Source of the DNA: an uncultured Candidatus Saccharibacteria bacterium
GTDB lineage: Bacteria > Patescibacteriota > Saccharimonadia > CAZBQI01
DNA length: 64,000 bases
NCBI GenBank assembly: GCA_964494105.1
Contig: CAZBQI010000001.1
Location: forward strand, 3,126 to 67,125
Direction: 5' to 3'
How positions within the stretch are numbered: the stretch's first letter is position 1; every line of letters starts with the position of its first letter. The position numbers and the translations under genes are program-made. Positions 8,960 through 18,832 of the stretch are shown piece after piece. Under the pieces are notes generated by a model, which made no database searches, had not been told where the DNA came from, and saw only the letters and a program-made list of their open reading frames with translations.

Positions 8960-11900
8960 TGATCGACCAGTGCCAAGGTTCGCTCGGCAAGTTTTGAAAT
9001 CCATAATTTGTGGAGTTGGCTGCCAGCCATTGGTAGCAGGCAGTAGAGCGGTACCGGCAGTTATTAAAATCAATCGCCACTCCCCAGCCGTGATTTGATC
9101 TACCAACGGGCGCAGTTGGTACTCGACACTGGCTGGAAGATGTCCAGTTAGGCGGGCAACCATTGGCTTGGCCGGCGCGGAGCTGACCGGCCAGGTCGCG
9201 GAAGCCGCTACCGCTGAGGATTACACCAGCGTCTTCGGCGTCGCTGATCATATTCTGCACACACTGAGCAACGTCTTGGCGGACACCACGGTTGATGACA
9301 GCGTTGTTCCCTCGGCTGATAATTGGCTCAACTATCGGTATTCCGGGTGCGTTTCCGTCGGCGGGTACCGGCGCTGGCAAAGCCGGGCTTCCTGGTTGGG
9401 GCGAACAGCTAGTGGTAAAGGCCGGGCCTCCGCCTATGTTACCAACGGCAGCGCCCACGGCAGCGCCAGTGCCCAGCCCGCTGTCATCCTCTTCGTTTTG
9501 GAGCGACGTCGATTCCCGTAGTATGAATTCGTCTTTTTTATACAAAACAAAACGCTGGCCTATCACACTTTTTTGTAAGCTATCGCCCCCATCACCAAAA
9601 CAGTCAGCGTATTCAGAACTGTTAAACCGCACAATCATGCGTGCGGTGCTGTCTTTGAAGCACTTGCCATATTTTGCCTCGAGCGCATCGTACTGTGGTT
9701 CTACAATTTTTGCGTTTTCTCGGGGGCACCATGATTCATCGTCGATGCATTTATCAAATAAGTTCAACGGCACGCCGAATTGCTTAATGCCATAGGGGCC
9801 TTCACCCGAGGCCGCCCAAATTGGCTGGCTACGTTCGCTGTACGAGATAACTTTTTCGTGGACGAAATTCATAGGGCTAATGTTGGCAAGTGCGGTTGTG
9901 GCGAAAGTTCTGACTTCGCTTAGGCTGGTTGGCACGCGGATGACAAACTGGGCTGCCAGCGAGCGAATATTACCGGTGTCAAATATACGGGCGTACCAAC
10001 TGCGCGTGCTGTCTTTTTCGTACTGGATACGGTTAAGTTCGGCTGAGTATTCGTTAATCTGATCAGGCGTTAAGACCATGGCACCGGATTGCTTGTCCAT
10101 TTCTAGGCCAATTATCTCAGTCCCGGCACCGGCCTTGTTAAAGCCGGCCGACGCTTCTTCTTGCGAAGCGTTATCGGAGCCCGAGTAGGCCTCGACCATT
10201 CTGGGCATCAGCCAGTCGGTCATTAAGATTTGAACTGTTAGTGCTCCACCTGACTTAACGACTGTTGTTCCGAGCACCTTAATTGCTAGCTTCATTGTTT
10301 GCCATACGCCCTGAGCTACAACTTCCGACGTACTTAAACTCCATATTGCTAATAGAAATTCTACGAGACTAGTTATGGCCTGACCAATATAGCTTAGAAT
10401 GGCTCTACAGGTAGCCTCAAAAGCAAAGTCAGCTTTTGGACCAAGAGCATTCCAAGAAGTTTCGAGTATGTTCTTGATAGCTTCAGGTGATTCACCCATA
10501 GCTTTCTGAGGGTATAGTTCCTCGGGCATGTCGTACTTTTCGCCTTTCGAGGCCATCCCCAGGCCACTCCGATATTCGGTGGAATACTCAAAGTCGCCCA
10601 ATGAATCTACGCAGGCCTGGACTGCTTTCGAGGTAACATCCCCTTCTTTTTGCTGATCGGCACAATTAAATATGCTGTAGGAAAACCGGGCATAGTTTTC
10701 ACTGCGCTTTTCAATGACTTTCTCGATGTTATAGACGTAAGCGTCATATAATAAGCATATTGTAACTGCTACTGCATTCAGCACGCTAAGACCTCTCAAA
10801 ATGGCAAATGCAGGCCTAGCCTTAAATGATTCGATGATTCGCTCTAATATCCTGGTTCGCTGGGGGACGGCTGCTTCGCCGGCCGCATCAGCTGCTTCAT
10901 CCGTAAAATCACCGTTCTTTATGCGGTCTTGGTTCCTTTTTGTTTCGTCGTCAACCTCTTGGCTAAGGCTAACAACTCGATCAGGATCGCGTATGGCTAG
11001 GTCTTGACGTTTTTGATCGATATTTAGTGCTTCGACGCGGTTTTTTCCTTTAAATATTCTGCCTAAATCGTCAAACCGAATTAGTCGTAGTTTTAGTTGA
11101 CGTCGTATATCGAGCAGTAGTTTTCCGCGCCAGATTTTATTTCTCATGGCGTTGATAGATAATATTTCCTCCTCGAGTTCCTTAACAGCGGCCATTTTTT
11201 GCGCTCGAGTTGCATTCTCTGGTAATAAGTACTCGCGACCGGTGGTTAAGTTGCGATAACCACGAAAGTCATTGGTCAAGCGTAAGTTCCACTTGCGCCG
11301 GCTTTTCATAACTAGTTCTATGCCATCAGCTCGCCCAAGGCGCGTCAGTGCCGATTGCGGGTTATAGCCGACCAACAAATCTGTTACGCCCCCGCGCCGG
11401 ATAGGGTTTAGCCGACCGGTGCTTTCGGCCGACACCAAGCCCTCGCTGGCAACGAGCTGACCAACCCGCCTAGCTAGCTGTAGGTTAAAGCGAGCCAGGT
11501 GAACGTCAATCAAATATTGTTTAACGTGCTCGGGTTTGTAAAGGAACGCGAAAAAGAACAGCAATACCCCCATACCGGCGACCACACCCAGCACACCCCA
11601 CACACTAAAGCCCAGCAATTTGCGAACAAACATTTTTCGAGCTGTTTTTCGGACCGGGTGTTTTTTGTGCTTACTTTTTTCGTGATAGTAAGATTCGCTT
11701 GCATCATCGAAGAATTCTTTGGCCGATTCGCCTAGCAACCTGCCGGTTGCTTGTGAACCAACCGACTTAATCAATTTTTCTTTTAGCTTATTTCCGGCCT
11801 CTTTATCGGCGACGTCATCTTTGTTTTGATGGCTGGTAGCCAGCTGGTCGAACTGGGCAATTTCGCCTGGTTGCAGTGGCACGGTTGGCTTGTCGACCTG

Positions 11901-12134
11901 TGGGCTGGTAGGTGTACCTATTGGGTTGGTTGGTATGTTTGGGGCGCCTAGATTTGGAGTACCAATTTTTGGAGCTGATGATGTCTTAGCCGAGCGAAAC
12001 GGCACCCTCGGCTTAATTGGCATGCCGGGGTGACGGGGGGGCTTTATTGGTAGGGCTGAGTCACTGCCAAGGCCGGGAGTCTTGCGACGATCTTTGTCTG
12101 GATTGCGCTGGCGCAAGTCTCCGCCCTGATTCAT
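8949..12134 (-). CDS. Large membrane protein with C-terminal M15B (VanY/LdcB-like) D,D/L,D-carboxypeptidase domain
   Basis: SGFR..Q, APVGRSNHGWGVAIDF, WLAANSTNYGF, EPWHWS; several TM segments. Confidence 0.75.
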   Translation of the reverse strand: MNQGGDLRQRNPDKDRRKTPGLGSDSALPIKPPRHPGMPIKPRVPFRSAKTSSAPKIGTPNLGAPNIPTNPIGTPTSPQVDKPTVPLQPGEIAQFDQLATSHQNKDDVADKEAGNKLKEKLIKSVGSQATGRLLGESAKEFFDDASESYYHEKSKHKKHPVRKTARKMFVRKLLGFSVWGVLGVVAGMGVLLFFFAFLYKPEHVKQYLIDVHLARFNLQLARRVGQLVASEGLVSAESTGRLNPIRRGGVTDLLVGYNPQSALTRLGRADGIELVMKSRRKWNLRLTNDFRGYRNLTTGREYLLPENATRAQKMAAVKELEEEILSINAMRNKIWRGKLLLDIRRQLKLRLIRFDDLGRIFKGKNRVEALNIDQKRQDLAIRDPDRVVSLSQEVDDETKRNQDRIKNGDFTDEAADAAGEAAVPQRTRILERIIESFKARPAFAILRGLSVLNAVAVTICLLYDAYVYNIEKVIEKRSENYARFSYSIFNCADQQKEGDVTSKAVQACVDSLGDFEYSTEYRSGLGMASKGEKYDMPEELYPQKAMGESPEAIKNILETSWNALGPKADFAFEATCRAILSYIGQAITSLVEFLLAIWSLSTSEVVAQGVWQTMKLAIKVLGTTVVKSGGALTVQILMTDWLMPRMVEAYSGSDNASQEEASAGFNKAGAGTEIIGLEMDKQSGAMVLTPDQINEYSAELNRIQYEKDSTRSWYARIFDTGNIRSLAAQFVIRVPTSLSEVRTFATTALANISPMNFVHEKVISYSERSQPIWAASGEGPYGIKQFGVPLNLFDKCIDDESWCPRENAKIVEPQYDALEAKYGKCFKDSTARMIVRFNSSEYADCFGDGGDSLQKSVIGQRFVLYKKDEFILRESTSLQNEEDDSGLGTGAAVGAAVGNIGGGPAFTTSCSPQPGSPALPAPVPADGNAPGIPIVEPIISRGNNAVINRGVRQDVAQCVQNMISDAEDAGVILSGSGFRDLAGQLRAGQANGCPPNWTSSSQCRVPTAPVGRSNHGWGVAIDFNNCRYRSTACYQWLAANSTNYGFQNLPSEPWHWSINGN

Positions 12135-14230
12135 GAGTGCGTCTGCCTTAAGTCAATAGTGGTGCCGGCTTTAACGTCATCAGACGGAGATTTCTGCGCC
12201 GGGGCTATTGGTGGCTGGGTAGCGTCTGCACTACTAGGGGCCGATGGCTCAACGTTAGGTGCTTTGCTATCCGGCTGATTATTTGCCGGTGCTTCCGTCT
12301 GCGCTGGTGGCTCAGATGATGGCGCCAGTTGTGGTCCGGGTAGTGTAATTTTTGGTTGGGGTTTTCCCTGTTCTTCGTTGATTTGCGCCACACTCGCAAT
12401 AACACTGGCGGTTGTAGCGCCTTCTTCTTCCATGGCTTCAATTGCCTTGATTTGCTGAGGGTTAGTGGTAATTAGTTCAGTTTCGGTACTTGAAGCATCG
12501 ATTCTGACGTGAACGTGATTGGAGCCGGCAAAAAATAATCCCTGGCCAACGGGGAATTGGCTGAGTTTTTTGTGTTCGGAATCGGTGAGTTTAAAGGTAC
12601 TGGCTACAATGTCTACCGCCGATGGTGCTTGCTTGAGGAGCAACTGGATGCTGGAGTTAGCAACCACTGCTCGGCCCATGCGCGAGCTTAGAAAGTCCTC
12701 GACGTCTTGAGAAATTGTGGTTAGCCCTAGGTTGTATTTACGGGCACGTTTAGCCACGCTAAACAGAAAATTAGCCGAATCTTCGTATCTCATTAATTGC
12801 CAGGCCTCGTCGACAATTAAATAGCGTTTGATTTGGTCGGATTTTACCCGATTCCAGATGTGATTGAGAATAATATACATAGCTACCGGTCGTAATTCGT
12901 CTTCGAGGTCGCGAATATTGAAAACAATAAAGTCGTTTTCGATGCCAACGTTTGATTGGTTCGAGAAAATACCCGAAAACGTCCCGGTAGTATACTTTCG
13001 TAGTCGCTGAGCCAACGCCGGACCATAACCTTCCATCGATACCAGTGTTTCGTATAGGTCGCCAATGGTTGGGGGTGTGGCCGAATGAGTAAGTGGATCG
13101 GCTGTAATGCCGGCTTTGGCGTAGGTGGCAATTAGTGCTTGGTCTAGGTCGCCTTCTTCGGCGGGGCTAATTTGTCCACCCATCATTAAGCGCAACATAC
13201 CATGAAGGGTAATGAGGTTTGCACGCAGGGAGTTTTCGGCCTCCTCTTGGTCGAGCACATGGGGTAAATCAAACGGGTTAAAATAGGTTTTGCTGGTTAG
13301 GCTTAAGCGCAGATAGGCTCCACCGACTGCTGTGCATAGCCTTTCGTATTCGTTTTCGGGATCGATAATTAGAATTTGAATACCCATCATCAAACTTCTA
13401 ATGGCTTCGAGTTTTACCGTAAAACTCTTACCGGCACCAGATTTTGCAAATACCACTAAGTTGGCATTTTCAAGGCTAAAGCGGTCAAAAATAACCAAGC
13501 CGTTATTATGCATATTAATGCCGTAAAGTATGCCGGCCTCTTGGCTTAAGTCGGCCGAGGTAAACGGAAAGCTGGTAGAAAGCGCACCCGTATCCATGTT
13601 GCGTTTTATTTGGAGTTGATCGGTTGCTTGTGGCACGGTTGAATTCAAACCCTGTTCCATTTGGACGGTGGCCGGCTTACTGTAAACAAGATTCTGACCA
13701 AATATCCCCTCAATTTTGTGCTGAGTGTAATCTAGCGCATCAAGTGTAGAGGCGTAGATGGTTAGGTACAAACAAAAACGAAAGAACCTTTCCTCGCCCA
13801 CCTGCAGGCTGTCTCGAAGCTGTTCAGCATCGTTAATGGCGGCTTCGGTGCCCGGGTCTCGCACTCGGCCTTTTTCGGCTAATATCTGCTCGGTGGCCTC
13901 TAGCTGACCAACTTTTTTGCGAAGGTTTTCTAGCACCACTCGGCTTTCAACCGGGTAGATAAACATGCTGACATCAATCGATTCGTCGATGTTAATTATT
14001 TCCGAAAGCCAGCCGGTGTAAATTTGTCTGGGATAGCCATAAACATAAATGGTGCGGGCAAAACGCGAACCGAGCTTAAAAAAGGAAGATTGAAATTCAA
14101 TAGAGGGTGGTGCGATAAAATCGCGCAAGCTGGTAACACCCTTGCGGAACTCTTCTTCAACCTCGCGCTTTTCCCGAAGTTGCTGTTGTTCGGCTTTCGT
14201 TAGGCTGGGTTTTTTACTAAAAAGGCCCAT
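12131..14230 (-). CDS. VirB4-like T4SS ATPase
   Basis: FAKSGAGKS Walker A, IIDPENEY, LIVDEAW, RKYNLGLTTISQ. Confidence 0.9.
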   Translation of the reverse strand: MGLFSKKPSLTKAEQQQLREKREVEEEFRKGVTSLRDFIAPPSIEFQSSFFKLGSRFARTIYVYGYPRQIYTGWLSEIINIDESIDVSMFIYPVESRVVLENLRKKVGQLEATEQILAEKGRVRDPGTEAAINDAEQLRDSLQVGEERFFRFCLYLTIYASTLDALDYTQHKIEGIFGQNLVYSKPATVQMEQGLNSTVPQATDQLQIKRNMDTGALSTSFPFTSADLSQEAGILYGINMHNNGLVIFDRFSLENANLVVFAKSGAGKSFTVKLEAIRSLMMGIQILIIDPENEYERLCTAVGGAYLRLSLTSKTYFNPFDLPHVLDQEEAENSLRANLITLHGMLRLMMGGQISPAEEGDLDQALIATYAKAGITADPLTHSATPPTIGDLYETLVSMEGYGPALAQRLRKYTTGTFSGIFSNQSNVGIENDFIVFNIRDLEDELRPVAMYIILNHIWNRVKSDQIKRYLIVDEAWQLMRYEDSANFLFSVAKRARKYNLGLTTISQDVEDFLSSRMGRAVVANSSIQLLLKQAPSAVDIVASTFKLTDSEHKKLSQFPVGQGLFFAGSNHVHVRIDASSTETELITTNPQQIKAIEAMEEEGATTASVIASVAQINEEQGKPQPKITLPGPQLAPSSEPPAQTEAPANNQPDSKAPNVEPSAPSSADATQPPIAPAQKSPSDDVKAGTTIDLRQTHS

Positions 14231-15134
14231 TTTTTTCTTCCCGTGCAAATAGCACATCCCGTGAGTCGCCCTTGCCTTTTGTTACTATCGGCGCCTCGAG
14301 TTCATTAATATCAACCAGGTGTTCGGCAGCTGAAGTTATTGGGTTGTAAACATTGTAGTAAAGCTCTATTAGTTCCTGAGTATTAAGTGTAACGGCGTTA
14401 ACCGACATGTCGTTTAGGCCGTTTAAAACGACAAATGCTCTTTCCTTGAGTTCGTCAATGTAGCGTTTATAGTCGACTGAGTTGATGTTGATGGTTTTAT
14501 GTTTATTGCCCATTAAGGCATTTAAGCTTAGTATTCCACCACTCTTTACAGATAGATTTGGGTGGTAGGGAACGACCACATAAAATTGCTTGCTCATGAT
14601 GTTGGAATTTTCAATCAAGTACTTGATGTAGTCGATATAATCCTCCATTAATAGCCCAAGCATTACCTTTTCTTGATCGCGTTGAATTTTCTCTAGTTTC
14701 TCGATGTAGTTATTTAAATCAACCCGCTGTGAGCGCACGTAAATTTGAATTTCAAAAAAGAGCGAGTTTAAAAAAGACTGGTAGCTGGATTCAACGGCTT
14801 CTCTTTCCTGGCTACTCATGAGGTCGAAGTTGATCGACTGGCACATTACTACCGCCCGCAAACTGCCATCGCGCATAATTACCAAGCCGTCGCGAATTTC
14901 GGCGATTTGCAAAGAATTCTGAGTAGTTGTGACTGCTTTTTTATTGGGCTTTTTTGATTCGGGTTTGGCTGTAGTGGTAGTACGAGCTTTTTGGGCCGGT
15001 CTAGAGGCTTGATTAGCTGGGGCATGCGTGGTGGCACCTCCCAGTACCGGCCGAGGCGGAGGTGTTGGCGCAGTCGTAGGCTGACTGTTTGGATTAGACG
15101 GTAGTGTTGGTTGTATATTTTGATCTGGTGGCAT
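14217..15134 (-). CDS. T4SS accessory protein (TraC/VirB4 N-terminal-like)
   Basis: SINFDLMS..E, FLNSL.F.IQIY, FYVVVPY, LNTQELIELYY; directly upstream of virB4. Confidence 0.7.
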   Translation of the reverse strand: MPPDQNIQPTLPSNPNSQPTTAPTPPPRPVLGGATTHAPANQASRPAQKARTTTTAKPESKKPNKKAVTTTQNSLQIAEIRDGLVIMRDGSLRAVVMCQSINFDLMSSQEREAVESSYQSFLNSLFFEIQIYVRSQRVDLNNYIEKLEKIQRDQEKVMLGLLMEDYIDYIKYLIENSNIMSKQFYVVVPYHPNLSVKSGGILSLNALMGNKHKTININSVDYKRYIDELKERAFVVLNGLNDMSVNAVTLNTQELIELYYNVYNPITSAAEHLVDINELEAPIVTKGKGDSRDVLFAREEKNGPF

Positions 15135-15311
15135 ACAAGAATCGGGCCCCTTTATATGTAGGTGGATGAAAAAGCCAATTCACCCCTAAAAACATGAGCA
15201 CTTTAGGCTGGGGTTAGTATATCATTTTGACTACTGTTAAAGAAGCACCAATAGTTAACTTTTTTTAAGTTGAGGTTTTATGAAAATGTTTTCGTGAAAA
15301 TATTGTATTAT

Positions 15312-15977
15312 TTAAACGCTTTTAGCGGGCGTTTTTGCCAATTGCATTTTGGCAATTGCCTGGGCTTTGACTGCGGTCTTGCTTGATGCTTCGAGCTTGG
15401 CAATATCTTTTGCGTCAGGGTTATTATGTACATCGAGCATGTCTTCGTACGAATGCACCTCTATCGGCTCTTCTGGCTTGGCATTTAAACTATCCATGCT
15501 GATTAGTCGATCACCGTCGTCGACCACCAAATTACCCACACCGACATTGATATTTGGGTCTTTGGCTATCCAGCCACGGCTATCAACAATTTTGGCTAGT
15601 TGTTCGAGCTGACCATGAACCTGTAAAATACTGACTTTATCTGGCAATATTGCCTTGAGTTTGGGTGGCACCAGATGAATATTCTCGTGCAGGCCTTCTG
15701 AATTCCACTTGCGAACCCTGGGTTTAAAGCGAAAATTTAGCGCCGCTAGTAAATATATTTCCACCGGCTGGTCTGGGCGACGGTAAATTCCCAGCACAAG
15801 GCATATTAGCGTTATCGGTAGTGGAATCAGTACTAGCGGTTGGTATAGCTTATAGAAAACGTAACACAGCGCTATGCCAATAGCGGCTATTACCAGAAAA
15901 ATAAATTGCTTGAAGGTAAATGGGCCAAGCAGTTTGTCTTCGGCTTCGACATCTTGGGGGATTTTATATTGAGCCAT
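15312..15977 (-). CDS. PrgI-family (VirB3-like) protein
   Basis: MAQYKIPQDVEAEDKLLGPFTFKQF plus two TM helices. Confidence 0.85.
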   Translation of the reverse strand: MAQYKIPQDVEAEDKLLGPFTFKQFIFLVIAAIGIALCYVFYKLYQPLVLIPLPITLICLVLGIYRRPDQPVEIYLLAALNFRFKPRVRKWNSEGLHENIHLVPPKLKAILPDKVSILQVHGQLEQLAKIVDSRGWIAKDPNINVGVGNLVVDDGDRLISMDSLNAKPEEPIEVHSYEDMLDVHNNPDAKDIAKLEASSKTAVKAQAIAKMQLAKTPAKSV

Positions 15978-15983
15978 AACATA

Positions 15984-16090
15984 AGTATTATGTATCAAGT
16001 GTCAAGTATCAAGCGGATTGGTTCGGACTTGGGCCAATTAAAAATTAGATTATATGGAATCTCTAAACTTGTTACTACCGTCTACAAACT
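15984..16090. repeat. Inverted heptamer-repeat arrays upstream of prgI
   Basis: AGTATTA-TGTATCA-AGTGTCA-AGTATCA (15984-16011) and degenerate opposite-sense CTAAACT-TGTTACT-ACCGTCT-ACAAACT (16063-16090). Confidence 0.6.
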
Positions 16091-16173
16091 ACCATTTGGT
16101 GGGTTGCTTTGATTCACAACCGGGCCGGCATCGTCCTAAATATGGGTTTTTTGGTACAGACCGCTTATGGTTA

Positions 16174-16680
16174 TCAAGTTGATGATGCTGTCTGGCTGTT
16201 TGGCCGAGCGGCTGATGGGGTTTTTTGGTAAACGCCGGCAATGGATGATTGCTCGATAATGTGCCCTTGCATAGCAGCGAGCAGATCCTTTTTGCTTACG
16301 TTCGGATTGTCACTAAACAGCGTATCTAGGGCGTAGAGGGTGAATCTATACAAGTGCGCACCATTTGGCGGGCAAGGCCCGGTGTAAGCATTTTCGCCGG
16401 CGCTGTTTTTGCCCTGTATGCATCCTGGGGGCACTATGCCTTCCTCGATTAGCGTTGTATCTGGGGGGATGTTAAACAACACCCAATGGTCGTACACTTC
16501 GCCGTTACCGGCTGGGTCGGTGGCGGCATCGGGGTCTTCAACAATCAGCGCAAAGCTTTTGGTGTTTGCGGGCGGATTAAAAATCCGCAAATTGGGATTA
16601 ATATTCCGGCCTTGGCAGGTATAGGTCGAGGGAATATGTACAGACAATGTAAAATCTGGTGAAAATAAATTTAAGGCCAA
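16174..16680 (-). CDS. YbhB/YbcL (PEBP/Raf kinase inhibitor-like) protein
   Basis: YTCQG.NINP, LIVEDPDA, HWVLFNIP, YTGPCPP, HLYRFTLYALD. Confidence 0.92.
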   Translation of the reverse strand: MALNLFSPDFTLSVHIPSTYTCQGRNINPNLRIFNPPANTKSFALIVEDPDAATDPAGNGEVYDHWVLFNIPPDTTLIEEGIVPPGCIQGKNSAGENAYTGPCPPNGAHLYRFTLYALDTLFSDNPNVSKKDLLAAMQGHIIEQSSIAGVYQKTPSAARPNSQTASST

Positions 16681-16769
16681 TTACGCTCCGTTATTTAGTG
16701 CTTTGCACCTATGATTTTACCATAAGCGTTGTGGTTCTGACTGCTCATAGGGCGCTATCTTGGCTCGAT

Positions 16770-18500
16770 TTATATAGTGCCTTCGTCTTCGTCTTCTTCG
16801 ACAATGCTATAGCTTGGACGATCAGGATAACGCATATCGAGTTTACCCACATTTTCATACGCATACCTTCCCGCTTTGGCTACTCCACGACCGGTGGCTC
16901 GTCCGGCTGTGGCTATTCCACGACCGGTTGCGGTGATTCCGCGCATACCAACCCTGCCGGCTACTTTGCCAACCCGAAGAGCCTTCTGCGCTCTTTCGGC
17001 TCTCCTTTCCTGGCTTCTTAGTTTTCGCGCCGGTGCTTCAGCATCTCGATTATTTCGCTTATGTTCCCGCTGTTCATAACGGTGTTCGACTTTATGAACG
17101 TATTTTGCCCGGCGCTGGGCTCGTCTAATTCTCCGGTCATACTTAGCAACTTTACCAGTCCATTTGGTCTTGCCGGGTTTCATGTCTAGAAAACGTTTGA
17201 TGTTGGTATCTAGAGTTGGGCGTTGTTTTGGGGCAACTCTGCTTAGAGTTTCTGCAATAATGCGATCGGTTGCTAATTGGGTTAGCTCGGTGTCGCTGAG
17301 ATCGGGGTTGTCACTCTTTAGTTGCTTTATAATTTCGGTTTTATAGGTACGTAGATTTTTAATATAGCTAGGACTCAAAACATCTCTTGGCGTCAGTTCA
17401 AAGACGGGCTCCCGTAACTTATCCCCTTCAGCGTTGTAAAAACCGTCAGTAAGGGGATCTCGCTTGACTGGTAAACGATCCTTGCCCAAGAGGGTTCGAT
17501 TGCCCTGCGCAGTTTCAGCTACATAGGCTACCGCTGGTCCATCGGTGGTGAATAATTGATCCCCAGCTACAGGATCTTTGTATCCCTCAACATTAAAAAA
17601 TGGTACGCCATCAGTTTCGCCGGCAAACCCGGTAACGTTTACCACGTATTGACCTTTAGGAGTTTTAATTAAGGCCTTTCTTGCTTCTGTGGTTGCAGGT
17701 TCAGCTACGACTTCAGGAACTTCATTGACAATTACCGCCACGGCCGAGCTATTGCGCTCGCCTCTAGATATAGCTTGTAGTGCGCGGGAAATTTCAGCGG
17801 CCGTTGCATAGCCGTTGGCGATATCCCTTATGCGTTCGGCTGTGTCTACACCCTCAATACCTCTTGAAACTAAAATTATGCGGTCGCCAGCCTGTACCTG
17901 CATACTTTGTACGCTAAATTCTTTGGCACCTGGTTCTTTGCCCAAGGGTACAGTTTTTCCACTTTCTTCCACGGTATCGTCATCAGTGTCGAGTGTGATT
18001 TTTTTATCAATGGGTTCTTTGGCTTTGTTTTCAAAAGGAAATATATCGTCGCCTCGTACCACGTAGGCGCCGATATCACCTACTCTGCCGATGGTCACAA
18101 AGGCTTTATTGCCCTCAACACCAAATACAGCCGAGGCCATTTCTGCTTCAGGTTTTCTGCCGGGCGGCATCATTCGGCCTTGTTCAGCTATTTCCCGATT
18201 AACTCGGGCAAATGCTCCTTGCATAAACTGTTCTGCTGAGTCCAAATTAGGTGGCTGTATAAGATGGTCGCTAAGCTGATCAACAACTTCCACGCTGGCT
18301 TGGGCGATTCGTGCGCCGTCGCGTACGGCTTCTAGGCCATTTGCTATGGCTACCAAACTACCATTTGGTTTAACCAGAGTGCTGTCGACTGATTCTGGGG
18401 TGGGTATCTCGGGAGCGCTGGCGCTTTCTAAAGAGAAATTAGCTCCGGGTATTTCGCCGAAGTCGCCGGGGGCTATTCCTGTAGGTGCTGGCATATGCAT
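16770..18500 (-). CDS. Hypothetical protein with degenerate PP2C-like domain and basic C-terminal region
   Basis: GRVGDIGAYVVRG, AGDRIILVSRGI, RNSSAVAV resemble PP2C motifs with catalytic Asp residues lost. Confidence 0.55.
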   Translation of the reverse strand: MHMPAPTGIAPGDFGEIPGANFSLESASAPEIPTPESVDSTLVKPNGSLVAIANGLEAVRDGARIAQASVEVVDQLSDHLIQPPNLDSAEQFMQGAFARVNREIAEQGRMMPPGRKPEAEMASAVFGVEGNKAFVTIGRVGDIGAYVVRGDDIFPFENKAKEPIDKKITLDTDDDTVEESGKTVPLGKEPGAKEFSVQSMQVQAGDRIILVSRGIEGVDTAERIRDIANGYATAAEISRALQAISRGERNSSAVAVIVNEVPEVVAEPATTEARKALIKTPKGQYVVNVTGFAGETDGVPFFNVEGYKDPVAGDQLFTTDGPAVAYVAETAQGNRTLLGKDRLPVKRDPLTDGFYNAEGDKLREPVFELTPRDVLSPSYIKNLRTYKTEIIKQLKSDNPDLSDTELTQLATDRIIAETLSRVAPKQRPTLDTNIKRFLDMKPGKTKWTGKVAKYDRRIRRAQRRAKYVHKVEHRYEQREHKRNNRDAEAPARKLRSQERRAERAQKALRVGKVAGRVGMRGITATGRGIATAGRATGRGVAKAGRYAYENVGKLDMRYPDRPSYSIVEEDEDEGTI

Positions 18501-18583
18501 AATTTATCCTGATGGTACTATAGCATAAGCTTGATAAAATTACAAGCACAGTATATTAACTACTAAATTTAACCACTAGTATG

Positions 18584-18832
18584 CTATTTGGGTACGAGTT
18601 CCGGGTTTGCAGGCACTTCTCTGAAGTTAAATTTTAGTCCGGCGTAGTCGACTGCATAGAAGCCGTCGCTTGTTTTGTATACAAATTCTCTGTATTTATA
18701 ATTAGTTATAAGCTCTTGAGCCATTAGGCCGATATATTGAGTATTCGGTTTGTTTTTATAAGAGAATCTTTATATGTAAATATCGTCATCAAATTTCCCG
18801 ACTTTCGTGTGCACATTTTTAAGCCGTCTGTC
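18584..18832 (-). pseudogene. Decayed peptidase S74-like (intramolecular chaperone autocleavage) domain in frame with the VirB6-like gene
   Basis: *DRRLK...IYI*RFSY...YIGLMAQEL...DGFYAVDY; TAA at 18833-18835 and 18770-18772. Confidence 0.7.
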
